64,000 nt of DNA from Promethearchaeota archaeon (GTDB lineage: Archaea; Asgardarchaeota; Lokiarchaeia; Sigyniarchaeales; SOKP01): NCBI GenBank assembly GCA_029838195.1, contig JALGVJ010000006.1, positions 97,093 through 161,092 on the forward strand, in the 5' to 3' direction. Positions within the stretch are counted from its first letter, which is position 1. The number at the start of each line of letters is the position of its first letter. Under the pieces are notes generated by a model. That model did no database searches. It saw only the letters and a list, made by a program, of their open reading frames with translations, and was not told where the DNA came from. A program made the translations under genes and the position numbers. This document shows positions 1-10,951 of the stretch, one piece after another.

Positions 1-951
1 GATTTAATCACATCAATAGGGTCGGGAGAAAAAAAAATTATTTTATGTGGTCATTTTGACGTGGTTCCTACAGGAGAGGTTTCTGAATGGAAATTTCCTC
101 CCTTTTCTGCCCATATCGAGGGAGATCTCATGTATGGACGAGGTACTTCTGATATGAAAGGGGGAATTGCTATGTTCTTATGGGTCATGAAAAGTTTAAT
201 GGAAAATACACGGTTTTTGGAAAAATATACCGTGGTATTTGCGGGGACAGCAGATGAAGAGTTAGGAATGACAGGATCATATAAATTAAGAAAAAAAAAG
301 GTGATGAACGATGCGATCTTATTGGTAGTGGGAGAACCTACTTCCTTGGACGTGGGCATCGCTGAAAAGGGGGTGTCTTGGCTCAGGTTAACTCTAAAAG
401 GAAAGGCTGCTCATAGCTCCATGCCTGAAAAAGGAATAAATTCCATTGAATGTGCGGCAAGATTAATTCCAAGGTTACATCAATGTTTAGGAGGGAAATT
501 GAATCCCATTCTTGGTAAATCTTCTTTAAATATTGGCAAGATCGAAGGAGGGAATGTCATAAACGTGGTGCCCGCAAGAACTTCCTTATATTTAGATTAT
601 AGATTAATCCCCGAAGAATCCGCGCAAGATTTGGCAGAAAAAATTAAAAAAATTGACGTGAAACCTTGTAGTATGGAAATTCAAGTATTAAGCGAATTAC
701 CTGCCCTTTATACTGATCCTAATGAGCCAATCATTAAAAATTTACAAGAAACTTTAGAGACCAAGATAATTGGTCTCCCTTATGCTACGGATGGCGCACG
801 TTTAATTGACTCGGCCCGCCCCATTCCTTTTATGATATTTGGTCCGGGTAATCCCGATGTCATTCATAAAATTAATGAAAGCATACATATCCACGATATT
901 TTTAAAGGTGCTGATGCCCTGACGAGAGCTCTTCTGAAAACTTACACCTAA
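1..951 (+). CDS. M20 family metallopeptidase (ArgE/DapE-like), 5'-truncated by window edge
   Basis: Frame is open from base 1 (..ILCGHFDVVP); motifs GHFD, YGRGTSDMKGG, DEE, GEPT, GKAAHSS and C-terminal His (IHKINE). Confidence 0.9.
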   Translation, partial: DLITSIGSGEKKIILCGHFDVVPTGEVSEWKFPPFSAHIEGDLMYGRGTSDMKGGIAMFLWVMKSLMENTRFLEKYTVVFAGTADEELGMTGSYKLRKKKVMNDAILLVVGEPTSLDVGIAEKGVSWLRLTLKGKAAHSSMPEKGINSIECAARLIPRLHQCLGGKLNPILGKSSLNIGKIEGGNVINVVPARTSLYLDYRLIPEESAQDLAEKIKKIDVKPCSMEIQVLSELPALYTDPNEPIIKNLQETLETKIIGLPYATDGARLIDSARPIPFMIFGPGNPDVIHKINESIHIHDIFKGADALTRALLKTYT

Positions 952-975
952 TAAGTTTATTTTTACTAATTACTT

Positions 976-2127
976 TTAAAGAGTTTTTAAAAAATCTTCA
1001 ATTCGGTTCATGGCTTCCTCCAGATTCTGCAAGCTCGTAGCATAGGATAGCCGCAACAAGTCATTTGAAAAGCTTCCAAAAATATCTCCAGGAACGATGG
1101 CTACTCCTTTTTCTTTTATCAATTTTTGCGAAAATTTAGAAGCGGACATGTTAAAAGGCTTCACGGAGGGCATGATATAAAATGCTCCTTTAGGTTTCAT
1201 GACGCGAAATCCCAATTCTTCAAGTCTCGAATGAACATAATCTCTACGTTTTTCGAATTCCTTCAAAATCTTATCAAAAAAAGAAGGATCCATTTTTAAG
1301 GCTTCAATAAAACCATATTGCGCCGCATGATTCGTTCCTGCCACCGTGTATTGATGATATGTTTCCATTAAATCCATGATCTCCTTCCTCGCAACGACAT
1401 ATCCTAATCTAAATCCCGTTGCGCTAAACATTTTGCTCATTGCATTGATCGTGATGGTTCTATCAAACATTTCCTCGTGTGAAGCTGGGCTCACGTGCTT
1501 GAGTCCATCATATAAATAATTTTCATACACCTCATCACTAATTAAATAGAGATCGTGTTCTAACACGAAGTCCATGATGGCTTTTAATTCTTTTTCATTA
1601 AGTGCATATCCGGTGGGATTATTTGGAGAGTTAATCAAGATGGCTTTCGTTTTTTCCGTGATTGTCTTTCTCATTTGCTCAAGATTAATGCTAAAATCGT
1701 CATTTCTCTCGATTTCAATCGCCTTGACTCCAAAAAACGCACTGCAATAAAAATAAGAAACGAAATTTGGCGAAGAAAGTAATAGTTCATCTCCGGGATT
1801 AAACACGGACGCCATGGCAAGCGTGATAGCTTGGCTTCCACCATTAGTTACCATAATATTCTCTTTCCAATGGGCATCAATATTATTTCGTTTTCTTATT
1901 CTTTGTTCTATTAATTGAAGTAATTCCGGAACTCCCCGCGTGGGAGCATACATGGTAATTTTATTTTTTAAGGCTCGCATGTTTCCCTCGATGGCGGGCG
2001 CTGGTGTTTCGAAATCAGGCTGCCCAATACCCAGACTAATGATGTCCGTACGACCCGCAGCTAAATCAAATAATTCTCGTATTTTTGATTTGGGTGTTTG
2101 AGAAATTATTCGGGATAATTCTTTCAT
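976..2127 (-). CDS. PLP-dependent class I/II aminotransferase (aspartate aminotransferase-like)
   Basis: GQPDF, NSPNNPTG, SDEVY and SKMFSATGFRLG (PLP lysine) motifs. Confidence 0.92.
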   Translation of the reverse strand: MKELSRIISQTPKSKIRELFDLAAGRTDIISLGIGQPDFETPAPAIEGNMRALKNKITMYAPTRGVPELLQLIEQRIRKRNNIDAHWKENIMVTNGGSQAITLAMASVFNPGDELLLSSPNFVSYFYCSAFFGVKAIEIERNDDFSINLEQMRKTITEKTKAILINSPNNPTGYALNEKELKAIMDFVLEHDLYLISDEVYENYLYDGLKHVSPASHEEMFDRTITINAMSKMFSATGFRLGYVVARKEIMDLMETYHQYTVAGTNHAAQYGFIEALKMDPSFFDKILKEFEKRRDYVHSRLEELGFRVMKPKGAFYIMPSVKPFNMSASKFSQKLIKEKGVAIVPGDIFGSFSNDLLRLSYATSLQNLEEAMNRIEDFLKTL

Positions 2128-2266
2128 GAGTTCACTCCTACCGTTAATTTTTCATGAGGAAAATTTCATTTCTTTAATTTGGAAAAATGAATGATGAAAC
2201 TTTAATACGAATGAACAAGAAGATTTCTATTAAAACTTTGGGAAAAATGCGTTAGCGGCCCCCTGA

Positions 2267-2824
2267 TCATAATTTAATTACCTCTCCTTTTAACAAGAGG
2301 ATTTGTTTTACCAACTTTTCGAATGCTTCCTCAACATTATCACCATATTTAGCGCTGGTTTCCACGAAGTCACTGGCTTGAATGTCCTGCGCTAACTTTT
2401 TTCCTTGTTCCGTCGTAATGACGCGCAAATCTTTTAGATCTATTTTATTACCAATCAAGATAAAAGCCGCTTCTTTTTTCACGAATTTATTAAAATCTCG
2501 CAACCACTTTGAAGTAATATTTTCAAAAGTAATAGGCCGTGTAATATCATATACTAATAACGCTCCTGAACAACCTTGAAAATACATGGAACGAATAGCA
2601 TTATATTTTTCTTGCCCTGCAATATCCCAAATGATTAACCGAACGTTTGCATTCATTTTTTCTAAAAATACATCTTTTCGAATGATATTTGCTCCTAAAG
2701 TCGGCCTGTAATCTTCGGAAAAACTCTCATCAATGTATTGATTAATCAAGCTCGTTTTACCGACTGCAGAATCTCCCAGAAGGATGAGCTTGAACACGAA
2801 TTCTTTAGTTTCTTCTACGGTCAT
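2267..2824 (-). CDS. Rab-like small GTPase
   Basis: G1 GDSAVGKT, G2 PTLG, G3 WDIAGQE, G4 NKID, G5 ETSAK. Confidence 0.95.
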   Translation of the reverse strand: MTVEETKEFVFKLILLGDSAVGKTSLINQYIDESFSEDYRPTLGANIIRKDVFLEKMNANVRLIIWDIAGQEKYNAIRSMYFQGCSGALLVYDITRPITFENITSKWLRDFNKFVKKEAAFILIGNKIDLKDLRVITTEQGKKLAQDIQASDFVETSAKYGDNVEEAFEKLVKQILLLKGEVIKL

Positions 2825-2902
2825 GAGAAGGGCCTTTTTCGGATTATAATTAAATTTAAGTTCTTTTTCTATTTAAAAGTACTATTTTTTTTTTATTAAT
2901 GG

Positions 2903-3484
2903 TTATTCAATTTTTAACTTGATATAAATCGTATCTTGAGAACGAGATTCCTTATTTATTGCAATCTTGTTTATAGGCATGAAAATAATCTTTTTTTCAG
3001 GTGATAACGTTTTTTCTAAGGAATTAATTAAAAATCCCTTAATTAAATCACAAATTTCATGGGAATTGGAACAAAACACGCAATTTTTAAGAAGCAAATG
3101 GATTTCATTTTTAGTATTTTTAATAATTTTAAGACTCCAATCCGTTTGAATTAATTGGTTGAGTTCTTCAATCGTATCTTCAAAAGAATTGCCAAAAGGA
3201 AATAAATAAAAAGAAAATTTTTTTCCAATCAAGAAAAGCAATTCATGGGTTTGAAATAACAAGATATTTTGAGCGGAAATTATTTTTTTAAAAGAATCTA
3301 ATTTCATGAGCCCCCTTGGATTTAAGGACGTTAAATCGGAGAGAGATTCCATGTTTGCTTCTCTTAAGATGGAACGCATTCCATCCTCATCTAGCAGTTC
3401 ATAATAAGCTTGAAGCAAGGCTCTTACTATTCGATTTCCAACTAAATCCTTAGAGTTTTCATTCAATCTGAGGTACTCCTTCAT
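2903..3484 (-). CDS. V4R-like domain protein
   Basis: C-terminal LKNCVFC...ICDLIKGFL..SLE resembles the V4R/Bet3 fold signature; recognised by eye only. Confidence 0.5.
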   Translation of the reverse strand: MKEYLRLNENSKDLVGNRIVRALLQAYYELLDEDGMRSILREANMESLSDLTSLNPRGLMKLDSFKKIISAQNILLFQTHELLFLIGKKFSFYLFPFGNSFEDTIEELNQLIQTDWSLKIIKNTKNEIHLLLKNCVFCSNSHEICDLIKGFLINSLEKTLSPEKKIIFMPINKIAINKESRSQDTIYIKLKIE

Positions 3485-3806
3485 GTGTCTTCTTAAATGG
3501 ATATAACATAGTACTTAATTATGAAGCATATTGGAAGTGAAGGTCACGTGCTTTTAATTCATCGTTGATCGGAATGCGTGGTATTATATTTAAGTGAATG
3601 GAATCATGAACAATTGAGAAAAGCATGCTTGTTCTCATTAAAGATTTTATAGAATTAGTGTAAGTAATAGAAAATCTTATTGGAATCCATGCTTCTAAAG
3701 GATACCATTTTTAAATATTCAACCTTCTTGTATTTAATTCCCTCTTATATTCATAAGTATTATTAGGTTTTATTCTGATTATAAATTTTTTCCTTTAATA
3801 AAGATT

Positions 3807-4238
3807 TTAATTTAAGTCCAAGAGATAAGCATCTTGTTCAAGGTCATGGGTACGTGTTATGATTTGATTGATTTCAAAAATATATACTTCGGCGGTGACG
3901 GAAACCCTACTCGGTCGACTCAGGTGACCGCCTTTCATCCCATAGCCCTCCATTCCAATGGCAACGTGAAGGTGAATCACGGGTTCTCCATTCTTGAAGG
4001 ATATATTACCCAAACAAGAGATTAATTCAATATTTTCATAAAATGTTTTATACCTGTACCGTTTTTGGTCAAGATCGAAATATCCTATAGTTGTAATATT
4101 TAGAGCTCCGATAACGCTAATGAATCCTGCTTTAATTTCATGCCTTTTAACCATTTCCGTAATAGCATCTATTACATCCTCTCCAGGCATGATTCTTCCT
4201 ACAAATGCCCGTCCTATTGTTGTTTCTAAACTTTTCAT
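3807..4238 (-). CDS. PPC (DUF296) domain protein
   Basis: ELISCLGNI, HLHVAIG and GGHL motifs. Confidence 0.9.
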   Translation of the reverse strand: MKSLETTIGRAFVGRIMPGEDVIDAITEMVKRHEIKAGFISVIGALNITTIGYFDLDQKRYRYKTFYENIELISCLGNISFKNGEPVIHLHVAIGMEGYGMKGGHLSRPSRVSVTAEVYIFEINQIITRTHDLEQDAYLLDLN

Positions 4239-4323
4239 GGATAAAAAATTTACTTGCTATCTTCTCATGCGATTTTTTATTAACTATATGCTTAAATAAG
4301 AAAATTCATGAATTTAAATATAT

Positions 4324-6834
4324 ATGAATGCAAGAAAAAATGAACTCCATCCGATCCATTATAAAATTCATTTAGAATTCGATTTAAGGGAAGAGCATCA
4401 TTTTAACGGGCGTACGGAATTATTGCTCAATTCAGAACGTCCTACAAGTCAGATTATCCTAAATATCGAGAATTTAGCAATTTGGAGTTGTACACTTAAA
4501 AAGAAAGGGGAAATGAAAACTTGTTCTTTTAGAGTAAATCCTTCTAAACAAGAACTTCAAATCATTTTACCGGAAAAGATGAAAAAGGAATTTAGCATTC
4601 GCATTGAATACATGGGAAAATATAGTCCGGATTTGCTAGGAATATATCGATGTAAGTACAAGCATGAAAACACAGAACAATACATGATCTCCACGCAATT
4701 TGAAGAACATTTTGCCCGAAGAGCTTTTCCTTGCTTCGATCATCCCTCAAAAAAAGCTACCTTTGAGATAGAATTTGTTATTGATAAAGATTTAGTTGGA
4801 ATCTCAAATACTAAGATAAAACATGAACACGTGCTTAAAAACCGAAAAAAACTCGTGGTGTTCGAAAAAACGCCAAAAATGTGCACGTATTTACTGTATT
4901 TCGGAGTGGGTCATTTAGAATTTCTTGAAGATGAATCGGGAAAACATCTCGTACGAGTTGTTTCCACGCCAGGAAAATCCAAACACGGTACATTTGCCTT
5001 GGATATTGCAAAAAAATCTTTAGAGTTCATGGAAAAATTCACGAGATTGGCATATCCCCTCTCTAAATGTGATCTAATTGGCGTGCCCGATTTTCCTTTT
5101 GGAGCCATGGAAAATTGGGGCTCTATTGCTTATAGAGAGACCTTTCTATTTTTATATCCTGAGTTTACTTCAAATCGGATAAAAATATTAATTGCGGAAA
5201 TAACGGCTCATGAAATTTCTCATTTCTGGTTTGGCGATTTGGTAAGTCCTCATGATTGGAAAGATATCTGGTTAAATGAATCCTTTGCTTCTTATTTTAC
5301 ACTTGCCATTCCTTCAGAATATTTTCCAGAATGGCGTTCTTGGGAATTTTTCCTCATTGAAGTTTATTCCCCCGCTTTAGAGCGAGATGGCCTCATTGAA
5401 ACTTTTGCCGTCGAATTACCGGGCGATGTGAAAGGGTTCGCAAGTCCTGCGAAAACGGATATCGTATATAAGAAAGGAGCGTCTATCTTGCGCATGTTGG
5501 AAGGTTTTTTAGGAGAACTTCCTTTTCGAAAAGGAATTAATCATTTTCTAAAAAAATATCAATTTGTCTCAGCAAACACGACTCAATATTGGGAAAGCTT
5601 TGAAGAAGCTACCGGAGAACCGGTAAAAGAATTTGCAGAAAGTTGGATTCATCAAGCCGGATATCCCCTCCTCCACGTCAAGCGAGAGAAAAATCTTTTA
5701 ATTTTAGAGCAAGAGGTATTTACCTATTTACCTTGCAAGAATGAGAGAATTTGGATGATTCCAATAGAAATACTACTTTTCCTCGATAATGGAAATACCA
5801 AAAAAATTTCACATCTCATGTCAGATAGAACATTGCATCTTAAAATCCCTAAGGAAACCTCTTGCTTTAAATTAAACGTGGAACAAAAAGGATTTTATCG
5901 CGTAAAATATGAAAAAAAAAATTTAGAACAGTTAGGAGAATTTATAAAACAGGGGAAACTAAGTGCGATAGAGAAACATGGAATTGAAAATGATTTATTT
6001 GCTCTTTTAAAAAGAGGAGATTATTCTCTCGCCGAATATCTGGAGTACCTTTCAAAGTATTTTCTTCAAGAGGAAGAATTCTTACCTTTAATGAGCATTA
6101 ATCCTCATCTTTTGTATTTACATTTAATTATAAATTCACGGGATGAAGAAATTCGAGAAGTCATAAATAAAATTTATTCTATATGGTTCAACAAATTTGG
6201 AATTTTTCCTAAAGATTCACAATCAGAACCCCTTCATCAGAAAATTATACGAGAGGCTTTCCTTTGGAACGCATATTTCATGAAAAATGAAGAAGTTAAG
6301 GAAATGGGAGAAAACTTATTTAAAAAAGCATTAAACGGTGAAAAGATCGACCCTGATTTAGTTTCAAGCGTTTACAAGATTGGTGCGGCAACTCATCATG
6401 AGGCAATGAATTTCTTTTTGAAAAAAATATTCTCCCCTGAAACGTCCGAAATTGAAAAATTGTACATTTTAGAGGCATTAGGATGTTTTGATCAAGAAAA
6501 AAGAATCAAGGAAGCGTTCAAACTCACGATAAAACACGTCCCCTCTTCCAGTCGCCATTATGTTTTTAACTCAATGGGAAGAAATCCCATTGCCTTGAAA
6601 CTAATATGGGATTTATTTTTAAAATATCAGGACGAATTGAAAAAAGAAGGACCTTTAAGCTATTCTCGAGCTCTAGTTTCCTTAATTCCGACCGCAGGAT
6701 TATTCCATGAAAAAGAAGTAAAAGAGTTTCTTGAAGCAGAATTAAAAAATAAAGATCCTTCCTCTGAGGACACTATTAAAATGACCATGGAATTGTTAGA
6801 AATAAATTTAAATCTTCGAAGAAGGAATGAATGA
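4324..6834 (+). CDS. M1 family aminopeptidase (tricorn-interacting factor / PepN-like)
   Basis: GAMENWG exopeptidase motif, HEISH-x18-E (WLNES) zinc site, YKKG. Confidence 0.95.
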   Translation: MNARKNELHPIHYKIHLEFDLREEHHFNGRTELLLNSERPTSQIILNIENLAIWSCTLKKKGEMKTCSFRVNPSKQELQIILPEKMKKEFSIRIEYMGKYSPDLLGIYRCKYKHENTEQYMISTQFEEHFARRAFPCFDHPSKKATFEIEFVIDKDLVGISNTKIKHEHVLKNRKKLVVFEKTPKMCTYLLYFGVGHLEFLEDESGKHLVRVVSTPGKSKHGTFALDIAKKSLEFMEKFTRLAYPLSKCDLIGVPDFPFGAMENWGSIAYRETFLFLYPEFTSNRIKILIAEITAHEISHFWFGDLVSPHDWKDIWLNESFASYFTLAIPSEYFPEWRSWEFFLIEVYSPALERDGLIETFAVELPGDVKGFASPAKTDIVYKKGASILRMLEGFLGELPFRKGINHFLKKYQFVSANTTQYWESFEEATGEPVKEFAESWIHQAGYPLLHVKREKNLLILEQEVFTYLPCKNERIWMIPIEILLFLDNGNTKKISHLMSDRTLHLKIPKETSCFKLNVEQKGFYRVKYEKKNLEQLGEFIKQGKLSAIEKHGIENDLFALLKRGDYSLAEYLEYLSKYFLQEEEFLPLMSINPHLLYLHLIINSRDEEIREVINKIYSIWFNKFGIFPKDSQSEPLHQKIIREAFLWNAYFMKNEEVKEMGENLFKKALNGEKIDPDLVSSVYKIGAATHHEAMNFFLKKIFSPETSEIEKLYILEALGCFDQEKRIKEAFKLTIKHVPSSSRHYVFNSMGRNPIALKLIWDLFLKYQDELKKEGPLSYSRALVSLIPTAGLFHEKEVKEFLEAELKNKDPSSEDTIKMTMELLEINLNLRRRNE

Positions 6835-7251
6835 ATAAATAAATAAAATTTTTTAGAAGTTTGGTTTTTTTAAATTAATTTATCCCATGTTTGGGCATCC
6901 TCATTCATGTTAACTAAAAAACGTCGAGAACTTGTTATTTATTCATATATGGAACTCCCACAAACACACAATTCCGAGAAATGAAAAAACCTTAAATCCT
7001 TTTTTAATCTCATGTGACTAACATTTAGTCATACTGCATCATGAAGAAAGATTTTCTTATTTTCGATTATTTTATCATCAAAATCTTACCTTGAATCATG
7101 TTTAAGTTATTTTAAAAAGAAGTAAAATAGTGCAACTTTAGATTTTAACTTAGTAGAAAACAAAAGAAATAAAAAATAAAATAAGAATGAAAAAACAATG
7201 CTAAATTTTAATAAATAATACACGTATCTAAACAGAAAATATAAAACAAAT

Positions 7252-8952
7252 TTATTTATCGATGGAATCAATAAGACTTTCTATCTTATTTTGAATTACC
7301 TCTGGTTTTTCTGCTTCTTGATCTGCTAGTGCCAATCGTTTTTCTATGTTCTCTCTGTGCAAGGTATTATGTGCACAAAAGGGTATTTCTAATACTCGAT
7401 TCGGATTATCAGGATCGATTACACCGTAATGTACCAAGCATTTGCAAACTCGGTCAAGATCAAAATTATATGCATCTTGAAAGTGCATAGAAGAAATCAT
7501 GAGATTCTTAGTTTGTAAGAAGTTTCCCGCCGATGCTAAGTTAGGAGAGAATACCAAGCGTGCAAAGGATTGATAAGTCTTGTTTGTAAAGATTTTTTGA
7601 GGATTTTTGATGTATTTCACGGCACCCGCAAAAAAATAAGCTTTCATCATCTGTCTATAGCTTAAATCCGTCATGTCATCCACAAATTTTCCGATGGTCT
7701 GAGCAATCGCTCCAAAGTTCTCTAATTTGATTCCTTTTAATAATCCCGTTGGTCTTGGTACTTTTCTTTCGATTACCATGTCATAGACTTTATTTGCCCA
7801 TTTAATTAACCCCTCCACATCAAAAAAATTCTCAATCGGCTCCCATTCATTCTCATCATTGATAACAGCAATGGTCGCAAAACCGCAATCCGAATGACTG
7901 AGCATGGAAAAGGGAGGCTGGTTGTCAAACCAAGCTAATAATTTCGTGAATTTTGAAGTCGTGGCAATGGGATAAAATTTTGTAATGACATTATTAGTAT
8001 GTTTATTTATTGCTATTTTTAAATCGGAAGTGGTATAGCGAAGATCCATGAGCTCTTCATAATTAATTCTACCACATAGGGAAACTGGCTGAAATACAAT
8101 CCCAGCAACCACATCTGCATTATCCCGAGCAAAATCTAAAATATTACCAACTTGATCATCATTGATCCCTTTCGCAATCGTGGGCACTAATATGACCCCC
8201 TTGAATCCTGCTTTCCGGCAATTCTCTATTACTCGCTTTTTTAAAGGCCATAAATTTACGCCCCTTACCTTTTTCCATATCTCTGGAGCATCCGTGGCGT
8301 CAAATTGTAAATAAAGAGCATCCATTCCCGCATCTACCAATTCTTTAACGTATTCTGCTGATTTTCCCATGCGTACTCCATTGCTCGTGACCATTACTTC
8401 AACAAATCCCAATTCTTTTCCTTTTCGGATGATCTCGGGCAAATCTTCTCGAACGGTAGGCTCTCCTCCTGAAATCTGTAATAATACGGCAGAAACAGGC
8501 TGCATGGATCGAAAGTGAGTCATGATCTGAACAATCTGCTCAAATGTCGGCTCCACCACGTATCCTTTCGCACTAGCGTTAGCAAAACATATTGGGCACG
8601 CCAAATTGCAACGATTAGTGATGTCTATTAAGGCAATGCATGGAGCATTCTTATGATTCTGGCAAATCCCACAATCATAAGGACATCCACTTTCAGTAGG
8701 TTTAATCCCGGATAATACGTATTCTGGTTTGGTAGACACATTAATGGTGGACCCGATATCATCCGTAAAGCTCTGCGCCCACATATATTCCTCAGGATCG
8801 ATGGAAATCTTATCTTTAAAATCTCCATGAGCATCACAATGTTTCCTCATCATGACCCAATTTTTCTCTCCATCAACATAAATTTCTGCCGGAATTGGTT
8901 CTAAACATTCGGGACATAAGCTAGTAGTCTTGCGAATTATTTTATCCGTCAT
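7252..8952 (-). CDS. tes: Radical SAM tetraether lipid synthase (Tes / GDGT-MAS, MJ0619 family)
   Basis: N-terminal SLCPEC...C..HG, CPYDCGIC..H, radical SAM CNLACPIC, HSDCG, C-terminal MHFQDAYNFDLDRVCKCLVHY and IPFCAHN. Confidence 0.85.
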   Translation of the reverse strand: MTDKIIRKTTSLCPECLEPIPAEIYVDGEKNWVMMRKHCDAHGDFKDKISIDPEEYMWAQSFTDDIGSTINVSTKPEYVLSGIKPTESGCPYDCGICQNHKNAPCIALIDITNRCNLACPICFANASAKGYVVEPTFEQIVQIMTHFRSMQPVSAVLLQISGGEPTVREDLPEIIRKGKELGFVEVMVTSNGVRMGKSAEYVKELVDAGMDALYLQFDATDAPEIWKKVRGVNLWPLKKRVIENCRKAGFKGVILVPTIAKGINDDQVGNILDFARDNADVVAGIVFQPVSLCGRINYEELMDLRYTTSDLKIAINKHTNNVITKFYPIATTSKFTKLLAWFDNQPPFSMLSHSDCGFATIAVINDENEWEPIENFFDVEGLIKWANKVYDMVIERKVPRPTGLLKGIKLENFGAIAQTIGKFVDDMTDLSYRQMMKAYFFAGAVKYIKNPQKIFTNKTYQSFARLVFSPNLASAGNFLQTKNLMISSMHFQDAYNFDLDRVCKCLVHYGVIDPDNPNRVLEIPFCAHNTLHRENIEKRLALADQEAEKPEVIQNKIESLIDSIDK

Positions 8953-9426
8953 TGTAGTTTCCTCTATTTAATTATTATTTGATTAGATTATTTTAAAATT
9001 TATTTGATTAAAAAACCATCTATTTAATTTAAGTTTTATAAGATTGCTCATATTATCTTAAATCTTAAATATTTAATTTTTCAAGTGAAGACAATGCCAC
9101 ACTCTTGCTTTTTAGCAGAAAATTTTCTTGTTCCTGGATAGGTTTATGAACATGAGAAAACTTTATACCGTACCATTGGACAGCCGGAATTTAAATTTGC
9201 CAGCTAAAAGAATTCTTCAGTTCACGGAATTTCTTACTGAAATAGGCTTTTAAAGCCTCAGAGATTTTAAAGGAGTAACTCTGGTAAAATATTGAATTAT
9301 TACATGGGAGAGCTTCAAGCAAGAGGATATAATTTTTTCCTAGGATAGTTTTTCCTCACTTTTTTACTACAACTTGAGGAGATTAATAGGTATAAAGTGA
9401 GCGTAAGTGTCGCAACCAGAAAGGGT

Positions 9427-9566
9427 GACTCTCTCCTAAACGGGCAAAAGGGGCCAAACGAGCGGGCCCACGCAAACGAAAAAGGGGAAGGAGGGCGAAT
9501 AACAGCGTAAATTTTTACGCTAACCAAAAGACAAAAATCCAGGTTTCCCAGTTTAGGAGAGGAGTC
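9427..9566. ncRNA. Candidate structured non-coding RNA (or MITE-like element) closed by an 18-bp terminal stem
   Basis: GACTCTCTCCTAAACGGG (9427-9444) pairs with CCCAGTTTAGGAGAGGAGTC (9547-9566) with two single-nt bulges; internal hairpins; GC-rich island in an AT-rich spacer. Confidence 0.45.
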
Positions 9567-9986
9567 TTATTTTTTTACATTTTATCTCACATGGGTGTTC
9601 TATTTCACGTATTTTATTTTTTGGGTTTGACTTTTATTTATAATGTCGTGCTATTGTGTATTAATTAAATTTTACCTTTTTGCGTGTTTTTTTCAATTTT
9701 TGTTTTTTCTTTTTAATAGATGTTATTTATAAGATTATTTAAATTTTTCTCCAAGAGAACATTAATATTCTTCTTGCATTTGGTTAAATTTAAATATTTT
9801 TTGACAATTTAAAATTCTTATCTTATTAAAGTAATAGGAATGAAAGTATTTAAATAAATCGAACCCGCCGCATGTTCATTTTAAAAAGGAAAAAAGGATG
9901 ACAAGGATGATTCAAGGAGGGGGGTAAAAATAGAGAAATCGTTAAAAAACGAGAGAGGGAGAGAAAGATGTAGGGGAAACTTAGGC

Positions 9987-10301
9987 ATGATATTTTTCTT
10001 GATAATCGGAACCATTATATCATGGATAAACATGGTACTTATTTTACGATCAATGAAGGTGTGGGCTTACTTGACAATAATATTTACAACGATTATGCCT
10101 TGCGTGGGCATTGGGTTAAAGAATAGGCGATGGGCTTATGGATACATGGCAGGCTTTTCTCTTGCCGGAATTCCCTTCATGGTGTTTGTTGATTTATTTA
10201 TAGGAGGATATACTAGTATTACCACTTTTTTCATATTTTTGATAATATGGCTTATATTTTGGAAGATATGGCGAACTGGTTCAATAAGGACGGTGGGCTA
10301 A
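9987..10301 (+). CDS. Small integral membrane protein, unknown function
   Basis: 104-aa ORF with about four hydrophobic segments. Confidence 0.6.
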   Translation: MIFFLIIGTIISWINMVLILRSMKVWAYLTIIFTTIMPCVGIGLKNRRWAYGYMAGFSLAGIPFMVFVDLFIGGYTSITTFFIFLIIWLIFWKIWRTGSIRTVG

Positions 10302-10489
10302 AAGGAAAAGTGGTGGAAATTTTCTCTGTTGAACTTCGGGAAAGATATTTGGGAATAAAATTATTAACCGGTGAAAGTTCTGTAAGAAGAACGAATTAAG
10401 GATGGTGGACTGAATTGGACGGGGTAAAAAACATTAAATTTCAAGAAATTCATCGCCATGGTAATATTACGTTCGGCTTTAAGGGTAGA

Positions 10490-10951
10490 TCAGAAGAGAG
10501 CCCGCACGTTTTCAATGAACACGTTCGTGATATTTGGGACTTCCATGAATTTATCTTTAATGGTTTGAGCCGTTAATTGGCCACTCTCGATTAAATCAGC
10601 AGTGAGATAGGTTTCGTAGAAACACTTTTCCAAGTCATAGCATAGACCCGTGGTATGTAAGATATTGTTGCTGAGGTTAAGGTCATTTAATACTTTAGAA
10701 ATACCTTTTACGAGATCGGGAGAGAATTCTTTGAGCTTGATAAGAATTTTTTTAACATTAGCTTTATCGGTTGGGAAGCAACTTACTTTCACTACATCTT
10801 CCCGAGAGATATAAATAAGGAGATAATAGGGAGCATTCATGATTTCCTCTTTAATTTCGTCGGGAAAGAAGGGGTTTTCAAATAATTGTTGGTTCGTGAT
10901 GAGCAAGCCGACGGAGATTTTATTCTTTTCTTCATTATCCTTTAATACCAT
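10490..10951 (-). CDS. Hypothetical protein (possible ACT-like C-terminal domain)
   Basis: 153-aa ORF with protein-like composition; weak ACT-like pattern. Confidence 0.65.
   Translation of the reverse strand: MVLKDNEEKNKISVGLLITNQQLFENPFFPDEIKEEIMNAPYYLLIYISREDVVKVSCFPTDKANVKKILIKLKEFSPDLVKGISKVLNDLNLSNNILHTTGLCYDLEKCFYETYLTADLIESGQLTAQTIKDKFMEVPNITNVFIENVRALF

Noticed and set aside
9315-9527. 70-aa minus-strand ORF; also RNase P or SRP RNA as identity of the element
   Set aside because: ORF is low-complexity and lies over the structured element; conserved RNase P and SRP motifs are absent and the element is too short.
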